A stretch of DNA of 64,000 bases from Candidatus Latescibacterota bacterium (GTDB taxonomy: Bacteria; Krumholzibacteriota; Krumholzibacteriia; WVZY01; JAKEHA01). The stretch covers positions 640,001 through 704,000 of the forward strand of contig OY970173.1 in the NCBI GenBank assembly GCA_963707635.1, read 5' to 3'. The notes under the pieces were generated by a model. That model saw nothing but the letters and a program-made list of their open reading frames with translations, had not been told where the DNA came from and did no database searches. Shown here one piece after another: positions 49,718 to 59,942 of the stretch; position 1 is the first letter of the stretch, and the number at the start of each line of letters is the position of its first letter. The position numbers and the translations under genes are program-made.

Positions 49718-52047
49718 CAGGCATCCTCCAGGTCAGGTCTCAACCTCATGAACACCGGCTCGCGCAGCGTGCCGTTCGGCGTGAGTGACGCGTATTGTAC
49801 TTCGCACATCAGTTTCGGCTCCAGCCACACGCTGTCCTTGTCGTCGAGGGGCTTCTCCTTGACCGGGCGCTTGCCGACCCGGAGCTTCTTGAGCTCGGCG
49901 TGCACGGACTGGAGCGTCTTGTCGTCGAAGCCGGTGCCCACCTTGCCCACGTAGGTCAATTCGCCGTCGCGCCGCTGGGCGATGTGCAGGGCGCCGAAGC
50001 TCGACTCGCGATCGCCCTTGCCCGCGGTGTAGCCGATGACGACGCAGTCCGCCGTGTTGCGCGTCTTGACCTTGAGCCATGCGTCGCTGCGCCGGCCGGG
50101 AGTGTAGACGCTCCCTGTTCGCTTCGCCATGATGCCCTCGAGACCGGCCTCGCCGGCGGCGGCGAACAGCGCGACGCCGTCGTCGACGGTCTGGCTCACC
50201 CGGTACGCGGAGTCCCGCTTGATCGCGTCCGCCATCCATTCGCGCCGGCGCTCGATCGGCTCGTTCACCAGCGGGCGGCCGTCGAGATACAGACAGTCGA
50301 ACACATAGCAGACGGCGGGATGTCTGGCGCGCGCGCGCGCGGCGGCGCCCTCGCTGTTCTGCCGCATGCGGTTGATGACGTCTTTGAACATCGGCCGGCC
50401 GGCCGGGTCGAGGCACACGATCTCGCCGTCGAAGAGCCCGCAGGTCGCGCGAAACGATGCGTCGGCGCCGGAGAGCTCCGGGAACGCAACCGTGATGTCG
50501 TTGTGGTTGCGCGAGTGGATGCGGACTATGCCTTCGTCGAGTGCGATCATCGCGCGGATGCCGTCCCACTTGACTTCGTAGCTCCACTCGCCGGTGGCGG
50601 GCACCGTGGGCGAAAGCTCGGCGAGCATGAACTCGACCGGCTCGACCAGCCAGTCGGTCTGCGGCGTGTCGACGCGCTCCAGCAGGTTTTCTTTGCCGCG
50701 CGTCGGGATGATGCGGTACTCGCCGGTGAGCCCGCGGCTGGTGAGGCGCACGTAGGTGCTGTCCTTCTTCTTCTTGGTGACTTCGTAGCGCCCGGAGGCG
50801 TAGACCCACATGTCGCCGCCGCCGTATTCCCCCTTCGGGATGGTCCCTTCGAAACCGAGATACTCGATCGGGTGGTCCTCGGTCTGCACCGCCAGCCGCT
50901 TGATGCCGGGGCGCGGCGGGAGTCCCTTCGGCACGGCCCAGGATTTCAACACGCCGTCTTTCTCCAGCCGCAGGTCGTAGTGCAGCCGCGACGCGTGGTG
51001 GCGGTGCACGACGAAGCGGTTCGTGCCTTCCTCGACCGGTTGCGGCGCGGGCTCGGGCGTCTTCGAGAATTCGCGTTTCTTCGCGTACGTGTCGAGCTGC
51101 TCCGGGGTCTTGTGCTTCGCGGACTTCGGGAGCTTCCTGGCTGCCTTCGGGGCCGAACGGTGCGTGTGCAGCTCCGTCGCATAGGCGTCGATGCCCTGCC
51201 AAGGGTCGCCCTCGCGCTTGACGAGGTCGGGAACGTTGCGCAGCGTGAAGTCGCGCACGCCGGAGATCGTGTGCAGCTGCTCCCAGCGCAGCGGCATCGA
51301 CACGGTGGCGCCGGGGAGTCCGCGCACGCTGTACGCGGACACGATGGTCTGGGACGGGCGGTTGCGATAGATGTCGATCAGGATTTTGTTGTCGCGCTGC
51401 TCTTTGTGGATCTTGAGCGTGCACGTGCCGGAATGGGCGGCGACGAACGGCTTCGCGATCGCTTCACTCGCCTTGAAGACGGTGTCGAAGTCCCACTTGG
51501 GTTCGATCGGGACGACGATGTGTAGTCCCTTTCGCCCGGTCGTCTTGACGAACGCGTGGTAGCCGAACTTCTCGATTTCCACGCGCAGTTCCGCGCCCGT
51601 GTCCGCGATCAGAGACCACGCGGTTCCGTCCGGCGGGTCGATGTCGAACACGAAATAGTCCGGGTGGTCACGGTTGGCGGCGCGGCAGTGCATCTGGTGG
51701 AGCTCGATGCAGGCGAGATTCGCGAGCCACACCAGCGACGCCTCTTCGGAGGCGATCACGTAGTTGATCGTCTTCTTCTCGTCGCCGATTTCTGTGCTCT
51801 CGATCCAGTCCGGCGTCCAGTCGGGGAGGTTCTTCTGAAAGAACTTTTCGCCGTGGATGCCGTCCGGAAACCGGACCAGGGAGAGCGGGCGGCCGCGGAT
51901 GTGGGCCAGGATGGTGGGCGCGATCGCGAGGTAGTACTGGATGAGCTCGGCCTTGACGACGCCGTCTTCGGGCCAGAGCACCTTGCGCAGGTTGGAAAGC
52001 TCCACCTTGCGCTTGCCGACTTGCACGACCTGTGACGAACGCGCCAT
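49717..52047 (-). CDS. ligD: NHEJ DNA ligase D (polymerase - 3'-phosphoesterase - ligase)
   Basis: RFPDG..FFQK, DIDP, KTTGRKGLH (Pol); HHASRLHYDLRLE (PE); EVKWDG, EGIMAK (ligase). Confidence 0.95.
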   Translation of the reverse strand: MARSSQVVQVGKRKVELSNLRKVLWPEDGVVKAELIQYYLAIAPTILAHIRGRPLSLVRFPDGIHGEKFFQKNLPDWTPDWIESTEIGDEKKTINYVIASEEASLVWLANLACIELHQMHCRAANRDHPDYFVFDIDPPDGTAWSLIADTGAELRVEIEKFGYHAFVKTTGRKGLHIVVPIEPKWDFDTVFKASEAIAKPFVAAHSGTCTLKIHKEQRDNKILIDIYRNRPSQTIVSAYSVRGLPGATVSMPLRWEQLHTISGVRDFTLRNVPDLVKREGDPWQGIDAYATELHTHRSAPKAARKLPKSAKHKTPEQLDTYAKKREFSKTPEPAPQPVEEGTNRFVVHRHHASRLHYDLRLEKDGVLKSWAVPKGLPPRPGIKRLAVQTEDHPIEYLGFEGTIPKGEYGGGDMWVYASGRYEVTKKKKDSTYVRLTSRGLTGEYRIIPTRGKENLLERVDTPQTDWLVEPVEFMLAELSPTVPATGEWSYEVKWDGIRAMIALDEGIVRIHSRNHNDITVAFPELSGADASFRATCGLFDGEIVCLDPAGRPMFKDVINRMRQNSEGAAARARARHPAVCYVFDCLYLDGRPLVNEPIERRREWMADAIKRDSAYRVSQTVDDGVALFAAAGEAGLEGIMAKRTGSVYTPGRRSDAWLKVKTRNTADCVVIGYTAGKGDRESSFGALHIAQRRDGELTYVGKVGTGFDDKTLQSVHAELKKLRVGKRPVKEKPLDDKDSVWLEPKLMCEVQYASLTPNGTLREPVFMRLRPDLEDA

Positions 52048-52073
52048 GACGTATTATAACCTCATGGCCGGCA

Positions 52074-52102
52074 TTGAAAAGCCGCTTCCGCTGGGTCATA
52101 AT
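52074..52102 (+). promoter_or_regulatory. sigma70-type promoter of array paralog 1, divergent from ligD
   Basis: TTGAAA-17-CATAAT. Confidence 0.6.
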
Positions 52103-52147
52103 GAGAGGTCTACTGCAGTGCATGCCTCAACCTTCGGAGGGTCCCCC

Positions 52148-54312
52148 ATGCCGACGCGATGCCCTGGTATGGTTCTTCTGGCAGCCATTTCAATCCTTCC
52201 GCTCACTGGCTCGTTTGCAAACGCCGCGAAAGTCACCCTCGCGGGCCCACCCACACGGTCGTTCGACCCGGCCACGTTCTCGTCCGTCGCGGGCAGCGTC
52301 GGACCGTCACCCGGCGGGGCCCCGGACGAGGCGCTGACGCCCGGGCTGAGTGGACCGGCGATCGAGTGTTTCAACTTCGACGACAACGGGCCGGCGACGT
52401 TCAATGGGACCTTCCTCAATCCTCCCGATCCGCATTGCGCAGCCGGGTTGTCGCACATCATCAACATTGGCAACTCCTACATCGAGTGGCGGCCGAAGAA
52501 CACGCCGATGGACACGCCGCAGTTCCGGGCATCCTTGAAGGCGTTCTTTGCGGGGGCGCCGGACGTGCTCGGAACGGTCTGTTACGATCCAAAGGTTCTT
52601 TACGATCAGTATTCGGATCGCTTCGTGGTGGTCGCCTTCGAGCTGACGATGACAGCCCAGTTTACCCCTATCGCAACGCGCATTCTGGTTGCGGTATCGA
52701 AAGGCCCGGACCCGAACGGCGGCTGGTGGCTGCACGCCATCAACTCCGCGGTGCCGATTGGCGGTACCGATGACTTCCCGGACTACCCCGGCGTCGCCCT
52801 CGATGACGAGGCGGTGTACGTGTGCGCGAACATGTTCGACTTCGTCACCTTCGCCTTTGGCGGTGTGCGCCTGTGGATCATTCCGAAAACGGGGGCATAT
52901 GCGGGGCCGAACGGGGCCCTCGTGTCCACGGTCTATGACCCGTACGGCCTGGCCGGACAACCCGGCTACGCGGCGACCACGCAGCCGGCGCACATGTACG
53001 GTCCCGAGCCGGCCGGCCTCGGCACGTTTCTCGTTAGCTACGATGGCCTCTCGAATGGTTTCAGCGAGTACGTAAACATCATCCGGGTGGACAACCCGCT
53101 GGGTGTGCCGGTGTTTACGTTCACCCAGCTCGGACCGCTCGGCAATATCGATGACACGACTGTCCAACTTCCGGACGCGTCACAGCCCGGCACGACTCTC
53201 AAGATCGAGGTCAACGACCGCCGCGCGCTCAACGCCGTGTGGCGGAACAACAATCTATACATGTGTGCGACCGTGCTGGCGCCGGCCGGCGCTCCCGACG
53301 CGGGTCAGACCACGGCCTACTGGTGGCGTGTTAGCACGCTGGGTGGGCTCGCGGTGGCGGACCAGGGCCCCGTCGGTGCGAACGATCTCGGCGCGACGAC
53401 GTACACGTTCTTCCCCACGGTCATGGTCGATCAGTGTGACAACATGGCGATCGGTTTCTCCGCGTCGAGCGGACTTGATGTATTGCGGCGCGTACTACGC
53501 GACGCGGTTGGCCGGCGATCCCCCTGGAACCATCGGGGCGACGGGCACGCTGCAGGCGGGCACCGACTACTTCAGACGTTTCTCCAACGGCTCGAGCAGC
53601 CGCTGGGGAGACTACAGCGGTCTCTCGATCTGCCCGGTGGATCAATCGACGTTCTGGATCTACAACGAGTATGCCTGTGCGCGAGGCTCCGGCACGGGGG
53701 GCAATGATGGCCGCTGGTGTACGAAGCTCGGGAAGTTCTTTGTGTGTCAGTCGCTCAGCGTGGCAGTCACCGCGTTCGACGCGGTGGCGAAGGACGGTGC
53801 GGTGGAGCTCCGCGGTCTGTTCCGTTCCGACCTGGGCGTCCAGGCGGTCAATGTGTACCGCTCGGGAGCCGAAGGCGAGTTCCGTCTGATCGAGTCGGTA
53901 GCCACCGGGGGCACGAGCTTCAAGTACACGGACGACACGGTGGCGCCGGGTGCGACGTATCGCTACCAGATCGGCGTGGTCGACAGCGACGGGGAAGTGT
54001 TCTCACCGGTTGCCAGGGTTTCGCTGGCGGGCGTGAGCATCGCGCTCGGGCAGAACAGCCCGAACCCGTTCAACCCGTCGACGACGATCTCGTTCACCTT
54101 GCCCGCGACGGGAACAGGTGACGGTATCGATCTACGACGCGAACGGCCGGCTGGTTCGGACGCTGCTCGACGAATCGCGGGACTACGGCACGCACAGCGT
54201 GACGTGGGATGGCCGCGACGACGCGGGGTCGACGGTCGGCTCGGGCGTGTACTTCTACCGTCTCTCGGCCGGGAAGTACAGCGAGTCGAAGAAGATGGTG
54301 ATGCTGAAGTAG
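52148..54312 (+). pseudogene. array paralog 1: secreted PPDP/RWGDYS-domain protein + Fn3-like + FlgD-Ig C-terminal domain; 2 frameshifts
   Basis: Homologous to the intact paralogs; extra bases at ~53475 and ~54109. Confidence 0.82.
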
Positions 54313-54351
54313 CGTGGGTTCAATCGGTGTCATCGGGAGCATGAAAAGGAC

Positions 54352-55068
54352 ATGATGACCCTCTACGCCGGCACGAGTGGATACAGCTATAAGGAGTGGA
54401 AGGGCTTCTTCTATCCGGAGAAGATCGCTCCCGACCAGATGCTCGCGTTCTACGCAACCAAGTTGCCCGCGGTCGAAATCAACAACACCTTCTACCGGAT
54501 GCCGAGGCGCGAGCTGCTGGAGTCCTGGGGCGCGCAGGTGCCGGAGAGCTTTCGTTTCGTCATCAAGGCCTCGCAGAAGATCACCCACATCAAGCGCCTG
54601 AAAAACACAGGCGACGAGACCGGCTACCTCATGGACGTCGTCGGGGCGATGGGGAAGAAACTCGGGGTCGTGTTCTTCCAGCTCCCGCCCAACTTCAAGA
54701 AAGACATCGAGCGGTTGGGCGCTTTCCTGGAGACGGTGGCCGGGGAAACCCCGATCGCGTTCGAATTCCGTCACGTGAGCTGGTTCGACGACGAGACCTA
54801 CGCGCTCCTGCGCAACCACAATGTGGCCATGTGCCTGGCCGATACCGACGATGAGATGGAGGTCCCGCTCGTGGGGACGGCAGACTGGGGGTACCTCCGC
54901 CTCCGGCGGCCCGGATATCCGCCCGAAGAGCTGACCCACTGGCGGAACTGGGTCGGCAGCCAGAAGTGGAAAAACGCTTTTGTGTTCTTCAAACACGAAG
55001 ACGAGGCGTCGGGCCCTCGCATGGCGATGGCGTTCCTGGCATCGAGCAGCGACCAAAGTGGCAGTTGA
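54352..55068 (+). CDS. DUF72 family protein
   Basis: GTSGYSYKEW, VEINNTFY, FQLPPNF, EFRH.SW and YLRLR motifs. Confidence 0.92.
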   Translation: MMTLYAGTSGYSYKEWKGFFYPEKIAPDQMLAFYATKLPAVEINNTFYRMPRRELLESWGAQVPESFRFVIKASQKITHIKRLKNTGDETGYLMDVVGAMGKKLGVVFFQLPPNFKKDIERLGAFLETVAGETPIAFEFRHVSWFDDETYALLRNHNVAMCLADTDDEMEVPLVGTADWGYLRLRRPGYPPEELTHWRNWVGSQKWKNAFVFFKHEDEASGPRMAMAFLASSSDQSGS

Positions 55069-55093
55069 AATCCCCGCATTCGAGCGCTATAAT
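55065..55093 (+). promoter_or_regulatory. sigma70-type promoter of paralog 2
   Basis: TTGAAA-17-TATAAT; the -35 box overlaps the DUF72 stop. Confidence 0.75.
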
Positions 55094-55153
55094 GGCGGCG
55101 CTTCAATCTGTTCCCCTGCAGTGCACTGCCTAACCTTCTGGAGGGGTCCCGCC

Positions 55154-57383
55154 ATGCGGATGCGATACCCTGGGTTAGTGTTTTTCGCGTTAATCTCGAT
55201 CCTCGCCCTCTGCGGCTCCCAAGTTGCCGCGAAGATCTACAGTAATGACGTTCCCACACCGACGCTCACTGCGCAGCAGATGGCGTCGCTCGAGGGCCCG
55301 ATGGGACCGGTACTTCCGGGATTCTCGGAGGTCCCGCTCACACCGGGGCTCATCTCGTCGGCCGAGTGCTTCAACTTCGACGACAACCAGACCTACAACA
55401 AGAATCCGGCCACCGGGGACGGCGTCCGGTTCATTCCCCCGGACCCGCACACCGCGGCCGGACTGCAGCACGTGATCGACATCGGCAACTGCTACGTCGA
55501 GTGGCGCCTTAAGAACGCGCTGGTCAACGCGCCCCAGTATCGAGCCCCGCTTTACAACCCGACACGGTTCAACCCGAACCTCGGCCTGTTCGTGGGAGTT
55601 CCCGGCGGGCTCGGCACCTACGCGTTCGATCCGAAGGTGATCTACGACCAGTATTCGAACCGGTTCATCGTGGCTGACCTGGAGCAGGTCGCCGGTCCGC
55701 CTCTGCAGTCGCGCATCCTGGTCGCGGTGTCGAAGGGCCCGGACCCGAACGGCGGCTGGTGGCTCCATTCCATCAACTCGCTGCTCAACCTCCCTCACCC
55801 CACCACGGGTGTTCTCTCTGACACGTGGGCGGACTACCCCGGCATCGCGGTCGACGACGACGCGGTCTACGTCACCACCAACCAGTTCAGTGCCGCGGGC
55901 AATTTCTATTTCGGTTCCCGCGTGTGGGTCATCCAGAAGGCGCCGACATACGCGGGGCCGGACGGAAGTATCGTCCGGGCGGTGTATGACCCGTATGCGC
56001 TCTCGGGTGCCAGCGTGGATTTGGGAGCCGGAACCACCACGATGCCGACTCATATGTACGGGCCGGAGCCGGCTGGTGTCGGCACCTTCCTGGTGTCGAC
56101 CGGCTGGACCGCCGCGCCAACCGAATACGTCGCGGTCATCCGCCTCGACAACCCGACCGGGGTCGTGGCCTGGAACTATCAGCTGCTCAGCGTGGGCGAC
56201 ATCAGCAGCGGCGGGGTGCCCAATGCGTCGCAATTGGGCTCGGCGCGAACCATCGCGACGGTCGCGCAGCGCTGTATGAACTCCGTCTGGCGCAATAACA
56301 ACCTCTACTGCGTCCATACCATCAAGCCCACCGTGGGCGTCGACTCGCCGCAGGCCACCGCGCACTGGTATCGCCTCGGCACGATGGCGCTGCCTGCCCT
56401 CGTGGTTGCGGACCAGGGCGACGTCGGCGCCGAGGACCTCGGCGCCGGGACCCACACCTTCATGCCGGCGGTCATGGTGGACGTCTGCGACAACATGGCG
56501 ATCGGTTTTGCCGCGTCGGGTCCGGCCATCCACCCTGGGGCGTACTATGCCTCGCGGCTGGCCTCCGATCCGCCGGGAACGATCGGCGGCAGCCATGCCA
56601 CTGGCGGTCGGGACGGATGTCTACATTCGCACCTTTAGTAATAGCCTGACAGCGGCCAGCCGCTGGGGCGACTACAGCGGTCTCTCGATCTGCCCCGTAG
56701 ACCAGGCGACGTTCTGGGTCTACAACGAGTATGCCTGCACGCCCGGCAACCCGTCCACGGTCAGCGGTGTCACCGAGGACGGTCGCTGGTGCACGCGGGT
56801 CGGGTCTTTCTTCCTATGTCAGCCGGTCAGCGTGGCGATCACCGCGTTCGACGCCGTGGCGAAGAACGGGGCGGTGGAACTGCGCAGTCTGTTCCGCTCC
56901 GACCTGGGCGTCCAGGCGGTCAACGTGTACCGCTCGGGAGCCGAGGGCGAGTTCCGTCTGATCGAGACGGTGGCCACCGGCGGCACCAGCTTCGTGTTCA
57001 CGGATGACACGGTGGCTCCGGGTGCGACGTATCGCTATCAGATCGGCGTGGTCGACGGCGACGGCGAGGTCTTCTCTCCGGTCGCCAAGGTGTCGCTGGC
57101 GGGCGTGAGTGTGGCGCTCGGGCAGAACAGTCCGAACCCGTTCAACCCGTCGACGACGATCTCGTTCACCTTGCCCGCGAGGGAACAGGTGACGGTGTCG
57201 ATCTACGACGCGAACGGCCGGCTGGTTCGGACGCTGCTCGACGAATCGCGGGACTACGGGACGCACAGCGTGACGTGGGATGGCCGCGACGACGCGGGGT
57301 CGACGGTCGGCTCGGGCGTGTACTTTTACCGTCTCTCGGCCGGGAAGTACAGCGAGTCGAAGAAGATGGTGATGCTGAAGTAG
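55154..57383 (+). pseudogene. array paralog 2; one frameshift at ~56592
   Basis: PPDPH, DPKVIYDQY and DYPG in one frame; RWGDYSG and the C-terminal domain in the next. Confidence 0.82.
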
Positions 57384-57441
57384 CGCGGGCGGCTTTGGCA
57401 GATTGCCTTGCGAGGGGGCGCCCGATGGGGCGCCCTCTCGT
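56817..57441 (+). repeat. ~625-bp near-identical direct repeat, copy A (copy B 59205-59829; related copy ~53745-54312)
   Basis: Offset 2388; roughly a dozen mismatches by eye; includes the stop codon and terminator. Confidence 0.9.
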
Positions 57442-57446
57442 ATTTT
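57411..57446 (+). terminator. intrinsic terminator
   Basis: CGAGGGGGCGCCC-GATG-GGGCGCCCTCTCG followed by TATTTT. Confidence 0.8.
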
Positions 57447-57447
57447 C

Positions 57448-57519
57448 GGCCCGCGCATGGCGATGGCATTCCTCGAGACCGGGGCGTCGGGAAGCCTCAA
57501 ACGCGAAGACGGAGCTTGA
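57448..57519 (+). pseudogene. relic of the DUF72 3' end
   Basis: Encodes GPRMAMAFL...stop, matching 55012-55068. Confidence 0.7.
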
Positions 57520-57545
57520 AAAAGCCCACACTGTTGGCCTATAAT
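57516..57545 (+). promoter_or_regulatory. sigma70-type promoter of paralog 3
   Basis: TTGAAA-18-TATAAT. Confidence 0.7.
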
Positions 57546-57605
57546 CGATTGCCTACTCAACTGATCTGCTGCAGCGCACGTCAACGTCTGGACGGTCTAC
57601 CTGCT

Positions 57606-59771
57606 ATGCGGATGCGATACCTTCGGTTGGTTTTTCTGGCAGTAGTCTCAATCACCGTCTTCGGCGGCGCGGTCGCCGCGAAGGTCAACGTCGTGGACAC
57701 GCCGACACCGTCGGTCGACCCGGCCTCGTTCGCGGCTCTCCAGGAAGGTGGGCCCGGACCGTCGATGACCACCGATGGAAACGGCGTACTCACGCCCGGG
57801 CTCAGCGGGCCGGCGATCGAGTGTTTCAACTTCAATGACAATCCGCCGCTCAACAGCGGACTCCTGTTCATTCCGCCCGATCCGCACTGCGCGGCCGGGT
57901 TGACCCATGTCATTAACATTGGCAACTGCATCATCGAGTGGCGGCCGAAGAGTGCGCCGTTAGACGTGCCGCAGTACCGGAACTCGCTGAAGGGCTTCTT
58001 TGCGGGTGCCGTCGGCGCCGGAGGCATCGGGACCCTGGGGACGACATGTTTCGACCCGAAGGTCATCTACGACCAGTACCAGGACCGGTTCATCGTGGTA
58101 GCGCTGGAACAGGGCAACCCGCCGCTGCAGTCGCGGATTCTGGTCGCCGTCTCGAAGGGTGCGGACCCGAACGGCGGCTGGTGGCTGCACGCCATCAACT
58201 CGGTGGTGTCGATCGGTGGCGTCGACTGCTACGCCGACTACCCGGGCCTCGCCGTCGATGACGAAGCCGTGTACGTGAACAACAACATGTTCAACGCTGC
58301 GGGTGCCTTTGGCGGCGTGCGTCTGTGGATCATCAACAAGGCGCCGACGTATGCCGGTGGGCTCATCGCCTACACGCTGCACGATCCGTATGGCGAAGTC
58401 GGACAGCCCGGGCTTGCGACCACCACGCAGCCCACGCACATGTACGGTCCGGAGCCGGCCGGGGTCGGCACGTTTCTCGTGAGCTACTCGGGCCTCTCGG
58501 ACGGTCTCAACGAGTACATCGACATCATCCGGGTGGACAACCCGCTCGGCGCCGTGGCCTTCGATTTCCAGCAGCTCGGGCCGCTGGGGAACTTCGACAA
58601 CACTGTGCCCGCACTTCCGGACGCGCCGCAGTTGGGCAACGCCATTCTGATCGAAGTCAATGACCGGCGCGCGCTCAATGCCGTGTGGCGGAACAACAAT
58701 CTGTACATGTGCGCGACCGTGCTGCCGCCGGCCGGCGCCCCCGACGCGGGTCAGACGACGGCGTACTGGTGGCGGGTCAATACAACGGTGCTGCCGGCGC
58801 TCGCGGTGGCAGACCAGGGCTTCGTCGGCGCCAATGATCTGGGTGCCGGGGCGACCTACACGTTCATGGCCTCCGTCATGGTCGATGCGTGCGGCAACAT
58901 GGCGATCGGTTTCGCCGCGTCGAACGGCACGATCTACTGCGGCGCGTACTACGCGACGCGGTTGGCCGCCGACCCGCCGGGGACGATCGGTGGGACGGGC
59001 ACGCTGCAGGCGGGAACCGATTGGTACAACCGCATCTTCAGTGGCACGCGCAACCGTTGGGGTGACTACAGCGGTCTCTCGATCTGCCCGGTGGATCAGT
59101 CGACGTTCTGGGTCTACAACGAGTATGCCTGCACGCGCGGGACGCCCAGCGGCGCCCCGCCCCAGGATGGCCGTTGGTGCACGAAGCTCGGCAAGTTCTT
59201 CGTGTGTCAGCCGGTTAGCGTGGCGATCACCGCGTTCGACGCCGTGGCGAAGAACGGGGCGGTGGAACTGCGCAGTCTGTTCCGCTCCGACCTGGGCGTC
59301 CAGGCGGTCAATGTGTACCGCTCGGGAGCCGAAGGCGAGTTCCGTCTGATCGAGACGGTAGCCACCGGCGGCACCAGCTTCGTGTTCACGGATGACACGG
59401 TGGCCCCGGGTGCGACGTATCGCTATCAGATCGGCGTGGTCGACGGCGACGGCGAGGTCTTCTCTCCGGTCGCCAAGGTGTCGCTGGCGGATGTGAGTGT
59501 CACGCTCGGGCAGAACAGTCCGAACCCGTTCAACCCGTCGACGACGATCTCGTTCACCTTGCCCGCGAGGGAACAGGTGACGGTGTCGATCTACGACGCG
59601 AACGGCCGGCTGGTTCGGACGCTGCTCGACGAATCGCGGGACTACGGGACGCACAGCGTGACGTGGGATGGCCGCGACGACGCGGGGTCGACGGTCGGCT
59701 CGGGCGTGTACTTTTACCGTCTCTCGGCCGGGAAGTACAGCGAGTCGAAGAAGATGGTGATGCTGAAGTAG
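57606..59771 (+). CDS. array paralog 3 (intact)
   Basis: Signal peptide; PPDPHCAAG and RWGDYSG motifs; PNPFNP...KKMVMLK. Confidence 0.88.
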   Translation: MRMRYLRLVFLAVVSITVFGGAVAAKVNVVDTPTPSVDPASFAALQEGGPGPSMTTDGNGVLTPGLSGPAIECFNFNDNPPLNSGLLFIPPDPHCAAGLTHVINIGNCIIEWRPKSAPLDVPQYRNSLKGFFAGAVGAGGIGTLGTTCFDPKVIYDQYQDRFIVVALEQGNPPLQSRILVAVSKGADPNGGWWLHAINSVVSIGGVDCYADYPGLAVDDEAVYVNNNMFNAAGAFGGVRLWIINKAPTYAGGLIAYTLHDPYGEVGQPGLATTTQPTHMYGPEPAGVGTFLVSYSGLSDGLNEYIDIIRVDNPLGAVAFDFQQLGPLGNFDNTVPALPDAPQLGNAILIEVNDRRALNAVWRNNNLYMCATVLPPAGAPDAGQTTAYWWRVNTTVLPALAVADQGFVGANDLGAGATYTFMASVMVDACGNMAIGFAASNGTIYCGAYYATRLAADPPGTIGGTGTLQAGTDWYNRIFSGTRNRWGDYSGLSICPVDQSTFWVYNEYACTRGTPSGAPPQDGRWCTKLGKFFVCQPVSVAITAFDAVAKNGAVELRSLFRSDLGVQAVNVYRSGAEGEFRLIETVATGGTSFVFTDDTVAPGATYRYQIGVVDGDGEVFSPVAKVSLADVSVTLGQNSPNPFNPSTTISFTLPAREQVTVSIYDANGRLVRTLLDESRDYGTHSVTWDGRDDAGSTVGSGVYFYRLSAGKYSESKKMVMLK

Positions 59772-59829
59772 CGCGGGCGGCTTTGGCAGATTGCCTTGCG
59801 AGAGGGCGCCCGATGGGGCGCCCTCTCGT
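59205..59829 (+). repeat. near-identical direct repeat, copy B
   Basis: Matches 56817-57441. Confidence 0.9.
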
Positions 59830-59834
59830 GCTTT
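59799..59834 (+). terminator. intrinsic terminator
   Basis: CGAGAGGGCGCCC-GATG-GGGCGCCCTCTCG followed by TGCTTT. Confidence 0.78.
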
Positions 59835-59942
59835 CGGGGCACACCGCTGCAAACTCCTGGTTGGCGGGGTCGGGGTCCCCCTTGTAGGATCATGCCCGCG
59901 GACCCGCACACTCTCGAACCCTTGATTCGAAGGAGAACCCAC

